Shown here one piece after another: positions 18,595-28,228 of a stretch of 64,000 nucleotides of DNA (its first letter is position 1; every line of letters begins with the position of its first letter). Below the pieces are notes generated by a model. It saw only the letters and a program-made list of their open reading frames with translations, was not told where the DNA came from and ran no database searches. The stretch is from positions 21,380-85,379 of the forward strand of contig JAGTRE010000004.1 in NCBI GenBank assembly GCA_018396415.1. The letters are read 5' to 3'. This stretch comes from Candidatus Bathyarchaeota archaeon. GTDB taxonomy: Archaea; Thermoproteota; Bathyarchaeia; RBG-16-48-13; JAGTRE01. The translations under genes and the position numbers were made by a program.

Positions 18595-19785
18595 ATGGAG
18601 CAAGATCAACTTCTATCTCTTGCAGAAATATACCGGTTCTCAGCGGATGCTATAAAACACTTATTAACGGTCTATAAAAATCGAACTGAGAATGTTCTAC
18701 AGGCACTAAAGACTCCGGGCAAGCGCTATTATATTCGTGTAAATACCCTAAAAATAGATCCAAATTCCTTCGTTAAAAAGCTGCGGGATAAGGGACTTAG
18801 AGCTGATTACCATCCTCTAATCCCTGAAGCAGTTTTTCTGCCTGTTGAAGGACCACTTAGTCTCCCTGAAGTATCCCAAAAAATTGTCGCCGACAAATAT
18901 GCAGCAGAAAGCGTTTTGCAAGGAGCGAACCTTTATGCACCAGGAGTAACGAACTGCCGTGGAATCAAGAGAGGAGATTTGGTTCTAATTACGGATGAAT
19001 ATGGGCAACCAGTAGGAGCTGGAATCACTCGAATGAATGAAACAGAGATACTGCAATACAGGAAGGGCTTAGCAGTTGAGCTCACACATCCACGCTATAG
19101 AATCCCTTGCTTGAGAGAAACTGAAGAGTTTAAGAACGGTCTTATATATCCGCAATCGTTTCCAGCCATCCTCGCGAGTCGTGTTCTCGATCCACAACCC
19201 GGCGAAACAGTTGTGGACATGTGCGCAGCTCCCGGGGGAAAGACTGGGCACATTGCACAACTCATGCATGACAAGGGACTAGTTATTGCTATTGATAGGA
19301 ATCAAGAGAAGATAACTGAGCTTAGCGGAACCGTTACTCGCCTAGGTTTCAAAAATGTTAAACTAATTTGCCAAGACGCACGTTATCTTGACATTAATTT
19401 GCCGAATCTAAAAGCTGATCGCGTTATTATAGATCCTCCGTGTTCAGCGATGGGGGTTAGGCCAAAGCTTTTCGACCATACAACTGACGCCGAAATCCGT
19501 TCTCTTTCTGAATATCAACGTCAATTCATTCGTGTTGCTGCTAAGATTGTGAAGCCAAATGGGGTCGTCGTATACAGCACATGCACCCTTACGGTTAATG
19601 AGAACGAGGAAAATTTACGGTACGCAGTTGAAGAGTGTGGGCTCGAACCGGAAGATATCCCATTTAAATACGGCTCAAAAGGGCTTGAATGGGTTTTCTC
19701 CGGTGCTAGATGTGCACTACGGTTTGATCCTGACGTCCACGATTCTCCAGGTTACTTCATAGCTAGATTCCGAAAAATAAGTTAA
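18595..19785 (+). CDS. RsmB/NOP2-family RNA m5C methyltransferase with PUA domain (NSun6-like)
   Basis: PUA region, DMCAAPGGKT, DPPCS, YSTCT. Confidence 0.92.
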   Translation: MEQDQLLSLAEIYRFSADAIKHLLTVYKNRTENVLQALKTPGKRYYIRVNTLKIDPNSFVKKLRDKGLRADYHPLIPEAVFLPVEGPLSLPEVSQKIVADKYAAESVLQGANLYAPGVTNCRGIKRGDLVLITDEYGQPVGAGITRMNETEILQYRKGLAVELTHPRYRIPCLRETEEFKNGLIYPQSFPAILASRVLDPQPGETVVDMCAAPGGKTGHIAQLMHDKGLVIAIDRNQEKITELSGTVTRLGFKNVKLICQDARYLDINLPNLKADRVIIDPPCSAMGVRPKLFDHTTDAEIRSLSEYQRQFIRVAAKIVKPNGVVVYSTCTLTVNENEENLRYAVEECGLEPEDIPFKYGSKGLEWVFSGARCALRFDPDVHDSPGYFIARFRKIS

Positions 19786-19878
19786 TCTGATTTTTATTAA
19801 GGTTAATAAAAGATAATAAATAGAAAGCATGTAGAATGTCAATACATTGTATTTACCAAATTATGAACGAAGTGAACA

Positions 19879-20121
19879 GTGATGGGGCGTCGCCGCCGCA
19901 AGGTAGTTAGAATTCCGAAAAAGCGTTTGCCAAAGGTATTTTTGTGTCCTAAATGTGGAAGAGAAGCTATCAGGGTTATCCAAGTTAAAGGTTCAAATCT
20001 TGCAACCGTGACTTGCGGTGCATGCGGTTTAAAGGATACAGTTCAGACAGTGCCTGCTTGGGCGCCCGTAGATGTTTATTCAACTTGGGCTGACAAGTAT
20101 TACAAGTCTGTAAGCGCTTAG
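19879..20121 (+). CDS. elf1: Transcription elongation factor Elf1
   Basis: MGRRRRK, FLCPKC..CGAC, PVDVYSTWAD. Confidence 0.92.
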   Translation: MMGRRRRKVVRIPKKRLPKVFLCPKCGREAIRVIQVKGSNLATVTCGACGLKDTVQTVPAWAPVDVYSTWADKYYKSVSA

Positions 20122-20204
20122 GTTAGGAGCGATCACTAACAAAACCTATAGCAATTTTCTGAAGTATTCTATTTGAGTGTTTCCAAATACGTGGAGATAT
20201 TCGT

Positions 20205-20969
20205 ATGGGGCAGGTTGAAAAATACCTACTTGAAAAGATTAGGCAAGAAGGAGCGATTCATCTAACTCTAATCGACCCCGATAAAGAGTCCCCAGAAAGC
20301 GGAGCAAAGGTCGCGCAAGAAGCTGAAGCTGGTGGAACAGCCGCCATAATGATCGGAGGATCCACTGCAGCTTCAACTTTACATATGGATGCGTTAATCA
20401 CCGCAATTAAAAAAGTGACAACGCTTCCCGTGATAATTTTCCCGGGTAATGTCTTTAGTGTCAGTCAATATGCTGATGCTATATGGTTTATGTCTTTATT
20501 AAACTCGTTTAATCCTTATTATATTACCGAAGCTCAAGCTCTTGGAGCCCCCCTCATCAAGAAATACAACTTGGAGCCATTACCAATGGGCTACATTATA
20601 GTTGGTGAAGGTGGTACAGCCGGTTATATTGGTCAAGCGCATCCGATTCCTTACGACCGTCCCGAGATCGCAGCTCTCTACGCTCTAGCAGCGCAATATC
20701 TAGGGATGCGCTTTGTATACTTGGAAGCTGGGTCTGGAGCCAAACATCCGGTTCCACCCGAAATGGTCGCTAAAGTTCGGCAGTTTATCGACATCACTAC
20801 GGTTGTCGGTGGAGGAATTAGAACTGGAACTGATGCTGCAAAAATAGTAGAGGCAGGAGCAGATGCTATTGTCACTGGGACCGTGGTAGAAAAAACTGTT
20901 TCCGTAACTCAAAAAATTAGTGAAATTACAAAGGGTATTAAAACCGCTTTGAACAGAAGGATGAGGTAG
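20205..20969 (+). CDS. Geranylgeranylglyceryl phosphate synthase
   Basis: LIDPDK, IGGS, YLEAGSGA, VGGGIR. Confidence 0.95.
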   Translation: MGQVEKYLLEKIRQEGAIHLTLIDPDKESPESGAKVAQEAEAGGTAAIMIGGSTAASTLHMDALITAIKKVTTLPVIIFPGNVFSVSQYADAIWFMSLLNSFNPYYITEAQALGAPLIKKYNLEPLPMGYIIVGEGGTAGYIGQAHPIPYDRPEIAALYALAAQYLGMRFVYLEAGSGAKHPVPPEMVAKVRQFIDITTVVGGGIRTGTDAAKIVEAGADAIVTGTVVEKTVSVTQKISEITKGIKTALNRRMR

Positions 20970-21080
20970 CTTCATTCTGAACTTTTCCTCGGGTTTATGG
21001 AGGTCGGTAACTCAAACTCCAATTTAATCAAGAAACTCAAATACAACGATATAGAGACTAAATTTTGATGGAGGGCTTTT

Positions 21081-24000
21081 TTGCAATTGGCAAGTGATGA
21101 CTATCAACGCTACTTTTTAGAAATAAATCAAACTCTTCAATCTCTTTACGAGATTGCACGAAAGGCAAGGCGATGTGGATATGACCCGACATTTGAGCCC
21201 GAGCCTCATATCGCCCTTGATCTAGCTGAACGTGTTGAAGGTTTAGTTGGTCCTCCTGGTGTTGCCAATCGTATTCGTGAACTCAATGGTATCTTAAAGA
21301 CGCGTGAAGAAGTTGCTTTCAAGATAGCTGAAGAAATTGTCTACGGGAAATTCGGACATTTAGATGAGCAGCGAGCTGCAGATCAAGCTGTGAGAACAGC
21401 CTTAGCCATCCTTACCGAGGGGATTACCGCTGCACCATTACAAGGCATAGCTCAAGTAAGCATTAAAGTAAATCCTGATCGCACCCGATATCTCGCCATA
21501 TATTTCGCTGGTCCAATTCGCTCAGCGGGTGGGACCGAAGCAGCGCTCACTTTGGTTATTGGGGACTTCATACGTAGGCTCATCGGCGTCGACAGATACA
21601 AACCAACGGATGAAGAAATTGGACGGTTTATCGAAGAACTTCGGCTGTATGAGAGAGAAGTTTCACGATTTCAGTATCACGTTTTAGATGAAAGTTTAGA
21701 AAACGCTTTAAGAAGTCTCCCCATCGAGGTGACCGGCACCGAAACGGATCCCGTTGAAGTTTCTTCATTTAGAAATCTCCCACGTATTGAAACTAATCGG
21801 GTTAGAGGTGGAGCCCTTCGAGTTATAAATGATGGAATCATCGGACGATCGAGTAAGGTATGGAAAAGCATTGAATTACTTGGAATCGATGGATGGGATT
21901 GGTTAAAACGGGTTCGCGAATTTAAAGAGGATGTAGCGGAAGAGGCTACAGAGTTTATGTATATGGAGGACGTTATAGCTGGGCGTCCAATCTTTTCTTT
22001 CCCGTCGTGGAGCGGGGGGTTCAGACTTCGTTATGGACGCTCCAGAAATACGGGGTTAGCCGCCGTTGGACTTCATCCAGCAACTATGAGTGTCCTCCAA
22101 AATTTCTTAGCAATTGGAACCCAACTACGTATTGAAAAACCCGGGAAGGCGGGTTTAGTTGCCCCAGTTGATACAATTGAACCTCCAATCGTGAAACTTA
22201 AGGACGGATCTGTTACTCGTGTTGAAACGGTAGAAGAGGCAGAGCGAGTTAGGAACTCGATTGAGAAAATACTATTTCTCGGTGACATTCTCATTTCTTT
22301 TGGTGACTTTTTAGAGAACAATAAGCCTCTGGCCCCATCTGGATTTACTGAAGAATGGTGGGGAGAAGAGCTCCTTATTCGGATTAAAAAAACGTTTAAT
22401 GGGTCAATTGAAAGGGCAGCAACCGCTACCGACATTCCTCAAGGGCGCCTTGAAAGCTTTCTTACTCAACCAATTAAAAATAAACCTACACCGGAAGAAG
22501 CTATCAAATTAACAACCGCCCTAAACGTGCCCTTACACCCACGTTATACATATTTTTGGGATGACATAACAGTTGATGAACTCCTCAAATTAAGGTCGAT
22601 ACTTCTCGGCGCTACAAAGACAGTTGAAGGGCGCTTCGTTAAAAAAATTACAGCAGAGTTCAATCAGGAGATTAAGGATATTCTGGAGCGATTATGTGTT
22701 CCACACAAGGTTTCTAACAATATTATGACGATAGACAGCGATGCGCCGACTCTTGCATTTAGCCTTCGTTTAGATAATCCCAAGCTCAAAGTGAAATCTA
22801 CGAGAAGCACGTTAGAAGCCGTTAAAGAGTTAGCCGGTGCTGACATTCGGTGTAAAGTGGGCACGTATATTGGGGCTAGGATGGGGCGTCCCGAAAAGGC
22901 CAAGAAGCGTGAGATGAGCCCGCCCGTCCATGTGCTTTTTCCAATCGGCTTAGCTGGTGGGCCGCATCGGGATTTAGCTGAAGCAGCGAGAAAAGAGGTA
23001 ATTCAAGTTGAAATAGTTAGAAGGCGCTGTCCTAGTTGCAATAATGTCACAATTAATTTAGTCTGCCCTCATTGTGGCGTAGAAACTAGTCTTGAAAAAG
23101 TCTGCCCAAATTGTGGTAGAACGATTAATGAGGAGATCTGTCCGGTTTGCAAAGGGCGTGCACGGTATTACGAAAGACGCCAAGTGAACGTTAGCGAATT
23201 ACTTAGATATGCATGCAAAAAGCTCGGAGAGGATAAGCCAATTCCTGTTAAAGCGGTAAAAGGGCTGATGAGTGAAACTCGTACTCCAGAATTGATCGAG
23301 AAAGGAATATTACGAGCTAAGCATGGACTCACCGTATTTAAAGATGGAACAACTCGTTTCGATGCAACGAACGCCCCGCTTACCCACTTTATGCCATCTG
23401 AAATTGGTGTTTCAATCGATAAACTTCGGTGCTTCGGATATATTTATGACCAAGATGGTAACGAGCTTCGAGATCCGCAGCAGATCTGCGAACTTAAAGT
23501 CCAAGATGTCATAATCCCAGTAAAATGTGCACGATATCTCGTTCAAGTTGCCCAATTTTTAGACGAATTACTGGAGAAAGTTTATGGGCTTCAGCCATAT
23601 TACAAGGTGAATCGCGACGAAGATCTTCTAGGCCATTTAATAATTGGGCTTGCACCGCATACATCAGCAGGAGTTATCGGTAGAATTATTGGATTTACTA
23701 AGGCCAATGTCTGTTATGCGCATCCACTATGGCATACTGCAAAACGACGCGATTGTGATGGGGATGAAGATGCGATCATGCTGGCTCTCGATCCATTGAT
23801 TAACTTCTCGAAATTCTATCTTCCAGCTCAAATTGGTGGAATGATGGATGCGCCTCTTCTCTTAAATCCTATTATTAATCCATCGGAGGTCGGTCATGAA
23901 GCATTAAATGTTGACGTTGCCAGCAAGTATCCGCTTATTTTTTACGAGAGCACATTAAAGGCGATTAGCCCTAAGGTAATGGCTAAACTAATTGACCTCA

Positions 24001-24506
24001 TTGGTCACCGGCTAAGCACGTCAGCTCAATTCCAAGCGATGCACTATACACATTTTACCACTGATATTAACGCCGGAAATTATGAAAGCGCCTACAAAAA
24101 GCTTGGAGCGATGCTTAATAAAATGGACAGCCAGCTCGCTTTAGCGGAAAAGATTCGCGCGGTTGATGCCAAAGCGGTTGCCAAACGTGTTCTAACGACA
24201 CACCTAATACGCGATATTGCTGGAAATCTTAAGGCATTTTCCACTCAATCATTCCGCTGTAAACGTTGTAATTTGAAATATCGCCGTATTCCTCTTCGAG
24301 GTCAATGCCTGAAATGTGGTGGGCAACTTGTTCCAACGGTTTATCGGGGTGGCATCGAGAAGTATTTGAACGCAGCAGCTAATCTGGCTAAGAAATACGG
24401 TATTGAAGACTACTATCGCCAACGAATCACGATTATCGAGGATGAGCTCACTCTTCTCTTTAAGGCACCAAAAGCGAAACAAGTCAGTTTAGGAGAATTC
24501 ATGTGA
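21081..24506 (+). CDS. polC: DNA polymerase D large subunit DP2 (no intein)
   Basis: AGPIRSAGGT, RYGRSRN, RMGRPEKA, catalytic RDCDGDED, zinc modules, C-terminal PIP box QVSLGEF. Confidence 0.98.
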   Translation: MQLASDDYQRYFLEINQTLQSLYEIARKARRCGYDPTFEPEPHIALDLAERVEGLVGPPGVANRIRELNGILKTREEVAFKIAEEIVYGKFGHLDEQRAADQAVRTALAILTEGITAAPLQGIAQVSIKVNPDRTRYLAIYFAGPIRSAGGTEAALTLVIGDFIRRLIGVDRYKPTDEEIGRFIEELRLYEREVSRFQYHVLDESLENALRSLPIEVTGTETDPVEVSSFRNLPRIETNRVRGGALRVINDGIIGRSSKVWKSIELLGIDGWDWLKRVREFKEDVAEEATEFMYMEDVIAGRPIFSFPSWSGGFRLRYGRSRNTGLAAVGLHPATMSVLQNFLAIGTQLRIEKPGKAGLVAPVDTIEPPIVKLKDGSVTRVETVEEAERVRNSIEKILFLGDILISFGDFLENNKPLAPSGFTEEWWGEELLIRIKKTFNGSIERAATATDIPQGRLESFLTQPIKNKPTPEEAIKLTTALNVPLHPRYTYFWDDITVDELLKLRSILLGATKTVEGRFVKKITAEFNQEIKDILERLCVPHKVSNNIMTIDSDAPTLAFSLRLDNPKLKVKSTRSTLEAVKELAGADIRCKVGTYIGARMGRPEKAKKREMSPPVHVLFPIGLAGGPHRDLAEAARKEVIQVEIVRRRCPSCNNVTINLVCPHCGVETSLEKVCPNCGRTINEEICPVCKGRARYYERRQVNVSELLRYACKKLGEDKPIPVKAVKGLMSETRTPELIEKGILRAKHGLTVFKDGTTRFDATNAPLTHFMPSEIGVSIDKLRCFGYIYDQDGNELRDPQQICELKVQDVIIPVKCARYLVQVAQFLDELLEKVYGLQPYYKVNRDEDLLGHLIIGLAPHTSAGVIGRIIGFTKANVCYAHPLWHTAKRRDCDGDEDAIMLALDPLINFSKFYLPAQIGGMMDAPLLLNPIINPSEVGHEALNVDVASKYPLIFYESTLKAISPKVMAKLIDLIGHRLSTSAQFQAMHYTHFTTDINAGNYESAYKKLGAMLNKMDSQLALAEKIRAVDAKAVAKRVLTTHLIRDIAGNLKAFSTQSFRCKRCNLKYRRIPLRGQCLKCGGQLVPTVYRGGIEKYLNAAANLAKKYGIEDYYRQRITIIEDELTLLFKAPKAKQVSLGEFM

Positions 24507-24518
24507 TGCGAGAGCGTC

Positions 24519-24785
24519 ATGATGAAAGAAAGCTTTCACCCTAAGGCACGCCTTACTAAACGAAGGAATATTCGTACAGGGCTCTCAACTAGAACAAAAA
24601 TACTTATCGCTCTGGAAAAAGGAGAGAAACATGCTAAAGAAGTTGCTGTTTTAGCCAACGTAAGTTACCATACTGTCATTCACCATCTTCGACTCTTGGA
24701 AGATGAGAAAATTGCACGAAGGAAAGGAGAAAGAAAACCCTTTTTATGGGAGTTAACTGGTGTAGGTCAACAACGACTTATATAA
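24519..24785 (+). CDS. Small ArsR-like winged-helix protein
   Basis: TRTKIL..AKEVA..SYHTVIHHLRLLE..WELT. Confidence 0.82.
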   Translation: MMKESFHPKARLTKRRNIRTGLSTRTKILIALEKGEKHAKEVAVLANVSYHTVIHHLRLLEDEKIARRKGERKPFLWELTGVGQQRLI

Positions 24786-24844
24786 ATAATTCCGATCCCT
24801 AACTTTTACACATTCGCTCATAGTTACAGCAATGGGGTTTTTCA

Positions 24845-25138
24845 ATGGTTACAATCCGAGATTTTCAAGATTTGATGAAGGAACTTTATTTCCATCGCGA
24901 CTCTCAGCGTGGTGTAGACCGCACCTATATATGGCTGGTAGAAGAGGTTGGGGAACTTGGAGACGCGATTATTACCAACAATCAAACAGCAATAGAAGAT
25001 GAGGTAAGTGATATTTTTGCTTGGCTTGCTAGTCTTTGCAATATTCTAAACTTTGATCTTGAATCGGTTGTAATGAAGAAGTACAAGAATTCATGTCCAC
25101 GTTGTAAAAGCCGGCCCTGCAGATGTCCATTAGTTTAG
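24845..25138 (+). CDS. MazG-like nucleotide pyrophosphohydrolase with C-terminal Cys cluster
   Basis: EEVGEL..DEVSD motif and CPRC..PCRC. Confidence 0.9.
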   Translation: MVTIRDFQDLMKELYFHRDSQRGVDRTYIWLVEEVGELGDAIITNNQTAIEDEVSDIFAWLASLCNILNFDLESVVMKKYKNSCPRCKSRPCRCPLV

Positions 25139-25301
25139 TTACCCAGTTTTTCAGATTTCAATTTCTCCGCTAACAGCCATAATGCCTGTCCCAGAGTAAA
25201 AATAATCACCCTTCTTAGATTGTTGTCTAGGTTAAACCAAAGTTTATGATGTATAACGATTTATAAATCCGTTTTACGCTATTGCCAAAGGATGAGCTGA
25301 C

Positions 25302-25493
25302 ATGAGCAGGGAGAAACGACGAAAGGAAAGTAGCCCAATGCCAGCTGTCTCAGCTGGTTTGCTACGATTTTTCGAAGAAGAGTCAACTGGGATAAAAATT
25401 AGGCCTGAAGTAATAGTATTGGCAGCAGTTTCACTTATTGTTATGTGCATATTAGCGCAGTTGTATTCAGTTAGTATGTTTCCGATCCCATAG
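25302..25493 (+). CDS. secG: Protein translocase subunit Sec61beta/SecG
   Basis: AGLLRFFEEE..IKIRPE followed by a TM helix. Confidence 0.93.
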   Translation: MSREKRRKESSPMPAVSAGLLRFFEEESTGIKIRPEVIVLAAVSLIVMCILAQLYSVSMFPIP

Positions 25494-25533
25494 TCATTTT
25501 TACGTTTGTAAAATTCAGTATTCGGCAGAAAAC

Positions 25534-26700
25534 TTACCCAGCAGTATTTTTTGTTCGGCTCGCTAGTATAGCTCCGAGAACCACTATAGCGGATAAACTG
25601 AGGAAAGCAAACTTCCAACCTATGACATCTATAGTATATCCAACAAGGGCTGGCGTTACAGCGCCAATCGCAGTTCCAGCTGCGTTCACGATTCCAAATG
25701 CAGTCCCGCGTTTATCCTCAGAAATTAAATCGGCCAATAAAGCAGACATTACCGGAAAATATCCATATAATGAAAATCCGAAACAAATTAGGACAAGCGC
25801 AAGTAGAAATGGAATCGTAATCATTACTATGGCCGAAGTAAATATTGCTGCGGAAAGTAGAGAAGCAGCTATTACCGCATTTCTTCCGAACTTGTCAGAA
25901 GCGCTGCCTAGAACTACCATTCCAAATAATCCAGCTATGAAAAGAATTGAAGTAAGCATCCCAGCTGTTTCGAGGCTTATTTTGCCTTCTTCAATTAGAT
26001 AGGTGGGTATAAAAGTTATTGCTCCGCAGTAACAGACGTCCCCGATAATATAAACCAATAAGAGTGTTAAGAAGGATCGTTTCAACACTGCGCGCATCCG
26101 TGATTCCAATCTTGGTTGTTGCTTGTTTACAGCGGGATCTTTTATAAATATCCAAAATAGAGTACCAACTACTAAACCAGGGATAAGGCAAGCGAAAAAT
26201 GGTGCGCGCCAGTTTATCGTCGCCGCAAGCAAACCCGCAAAAGTAGGTCCGAGGATGGATCCAGCTGGCGCTGCACTATCATGTATGCCGAGTACTTTTC
26301 CACGCTTCGAATGATGGAAATAACTGGTTATGAGTGACATCCCTGCAGCGAAATAAACTCCCGCTCCTAGGCCTGTTAAAGCCTGAAACAATATGATTTG
26401 TCCAAGATTTCCAGCAAACCCTGTTAGAAAAGTCCCTATTGAAAAACATATTATACCCGGAGCTATTATCCATTTTCTATTAATTCTATCTGCAAGTATA
26501 CCCGACGGAATCTGCATTAGAGCGTAAGTCAAGTAGAAACTCGTCGCTATCAACCCAATTTGAGTATATGTTAACTGGAAATCTTCCTTAATTAAGGGAA
26601 GAAGAGGGGGGACAATCATTCGAATCAAGAAATTCATAAACCAAGCTAACCAACAAAGAGTGAGTACAGTGTAAGCATATCGCCACCTAAATAACTCCAT
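25534..26700 (-). CDS. MFS transporter
   Basis: About 12 TM helices with motif A (GILADRINRK, GSASDKFGR). Confidence 0.93.
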   Translation of the reverse strand: MELFRWRYAYTVLTLCWLAWFMNFLIRMIVPPLLPLIKEDFQLTYTQIGLIATSFYLTYALMQIPSGILADRINRKWIIAPGIICFSIGTFLTGFAGNLGQIILFQALTGLGAGVYFAAGMSLITSYFHHSKRGKVLGIHDSAAPAGSILGPTFAGLLAATINWRAPFFACLIPGLVVGTLFWIFIKDPAVNKQQPRLESRMRAVLKRSFLTLLLVYIIGDVCYCGAITFIPTYLIEEGKISLETAGMLTSILFIAGLFGMVVLGSASDKFGRNAVIAASLLSAAIFTSAIVMITIPFLLALVLICFGFSLYGYFPVMSALLADLISEDKRGTAFGIVNAAGTAIGAVTPALVGYTIDVIGWKFAFLSLSAIVVLGAILASRTKNTAG

Positions 26701-26783
26701 TAACCTTTTCCGCCATTAGGCACCGTGTTACCTATTTGCTCTTCTCATAAAGTTTATTATACGACACTTGGTTTACGAATCAG

Positions 26784-27812
26784 CTACAGGAACTTTTGTA
26801 ATGGTTTTTGTTCAAACCGGGGAATAGGGCGCGACTTCACACCGCATTTTTTACATAAGTATTCCGCCAGCGCCTCTTCATATCCGAAGCAAGTATACAC
26901 CATGGACGGCTTTGACTCTTTAACGTAGTTAACAAGTTGCTTAAAATCAGAATGACTGGAAAGTGGAAATGCGGCATTTACCGTTCTCGGTTTAAACCGA
27001 ACAGCCCAACCAGTCGTAATTGCTCTGGAAATCTTTCTAGACAATTTAAGTGTAGCGAAGGTAGGTGTAACATATGCGCAAAAACCGTTAACTAACTCCT
27101 CTCTTCCTTCCTTTGTTTCAGCGTCAATAAATTCTAATGCAAGACCAAATTCCTTGCACACGTTGCTTATTTTTGTTACAAGCTTATGTGTAACGACTGG
27201 AATTTCGGTAAAAAGATTAAGAAGCTTTATGATTTCTTGGGCTTTTCCAGCAGGGTATACTTGGAAGACCGGAATTTTTCTTTCACGCACTTGGTTAACT
27301 GCCCACTTAGCTATCTCCATATATGTGATTTCCCTGGGCGGAAAGATAAATGCGGGATTTCCATAGGTTGCTTCAACAATTAATATGTCGCATTCAATGG
27401 CTTTCGCTGAAATGGTTGTTAAGGTATCGACGCAGTTAATATCTCCTGTATAAACTATAGTTTCATTTTGAGTTCTAAATTCAAACTGAGTTGAGCCTAA
27501 CATATGTCCGGCATTATAAGCAGTAACCTCAACGTCATCCAGTTCAATTGCTTCATTATGCCGTGTCAGGTGAGCTTTTGTAACCTCCCTATTATGTCCT
27601 TTCTCATAGAGTTGTAACGTTTCTGCGGTCGAGTATTTTTTTGCTTCACTATTGAAGCCTGCCGTGTGATCACCATGGGCGTGTGAGATAAAGGCATGGT
27701 CTCCCGTAAAATTGCTTGACTGGGGGTCAAGGAAAATCTTAGTTTTCCCGAAGTCAAAAATTATTCCATTAGCCCAGCCCAACCTAAGCTTATACGTGTT
27801 ATTCTCCCTCAT
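26784..27812 (-). CDS. Metallo-beta-lactamase/beta-CASP-like exonuclease
   Basis: SHAHGDH, AGHMLGS, YTGD, EATYG, LSSHSD. Confidence 0.9.
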   Translation of the reverse strand: MRENNTYKLRLGWANGIIFDFGKTKIFLDPQSSNFTGDHAFISHAHGDHTAGFNSEAKKYSTAETLQLYEKGHNREVTKAHLTRHNEAIELDDVEVTAYNAGHMLGSTQFEFRTQNETIVYTGDINCVDTLTTISAKAIECDILIVEATYGNPAFIFPPREITYMEIAKWAVNQVRERKIPVFQVYPAGKAQEIIKLLNLFTEIPVVTHKLVTKISNVCKEFGLALEFIDAETKEGREELVNGFCAYVTPTFATLKLSRKISRAITTGWAVRFKPRTVNAAFPLSSHSDFKQLVNYVKESKPSMVYTCFGYEEALAEYLCKKCGVKSRPIPRFEQKPLQKFL

Positions 27813-27844
27813 TATTCAGCGACATAAACGAGATGGTGTCCTAT

Positions 27845-28120
27845 TCAAGATTTACTCTCCGGTAGAATTTCAACGCGCAAAATTGAGTCCAAATGAATGT
27901 AAAGTTCACTTTTTCTTTCACGACTAATCACTTGTGGTATCGGATTTGCCAGAGTACCACGTACAATTACGGCATCAACCTCAGTTAACCAAATGCCTAA
28001 CGGGGACCTAGAAACCGCTGCTAGTTTTCCTTCAAATCCGTAATCTCGATCAACTAGAACTAGCATCTTTCGTCCAATATTCCGCTCGAAGTAAGTTAGG
28101 ATTGAATGTGAATGGGACAT
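27845..28120 (-). CDS. Divergent Sm/LSm-fold-like small protein
   Basis: IGRKMLVLV..FEGKL..IWLTEV resembles Sm1; ELYIHLDSILRV resembles Sm2. Confidence 0.55.
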   Translation of the reverse strand: MSHSHSILTYFERNIGRKMLVLVDRDYGFEGKLAAVSRSPLGIWLTEVDAVIVRGTLANPIPQVISRERKSELYIHLDSILRVEILPESKS

Positions 28121-28228
28121 GAATTAAGGCTCCGCAAATCCATCCCTTTGTATTCATTGCGGATGAATTAAAGTTTTAAAATTCTTTTGTTATGAAGAGA
28201 ACTAAGCTAGTCTTATAGGTTATAAGTC

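Noticed and set aside
21081..24506. Inteins in DP2 (also considered for cdc6, lhr, nrdD and atpA)
   Set aside because: Lengths are normal and there are no intein terminal or homing endonuclease motifs.
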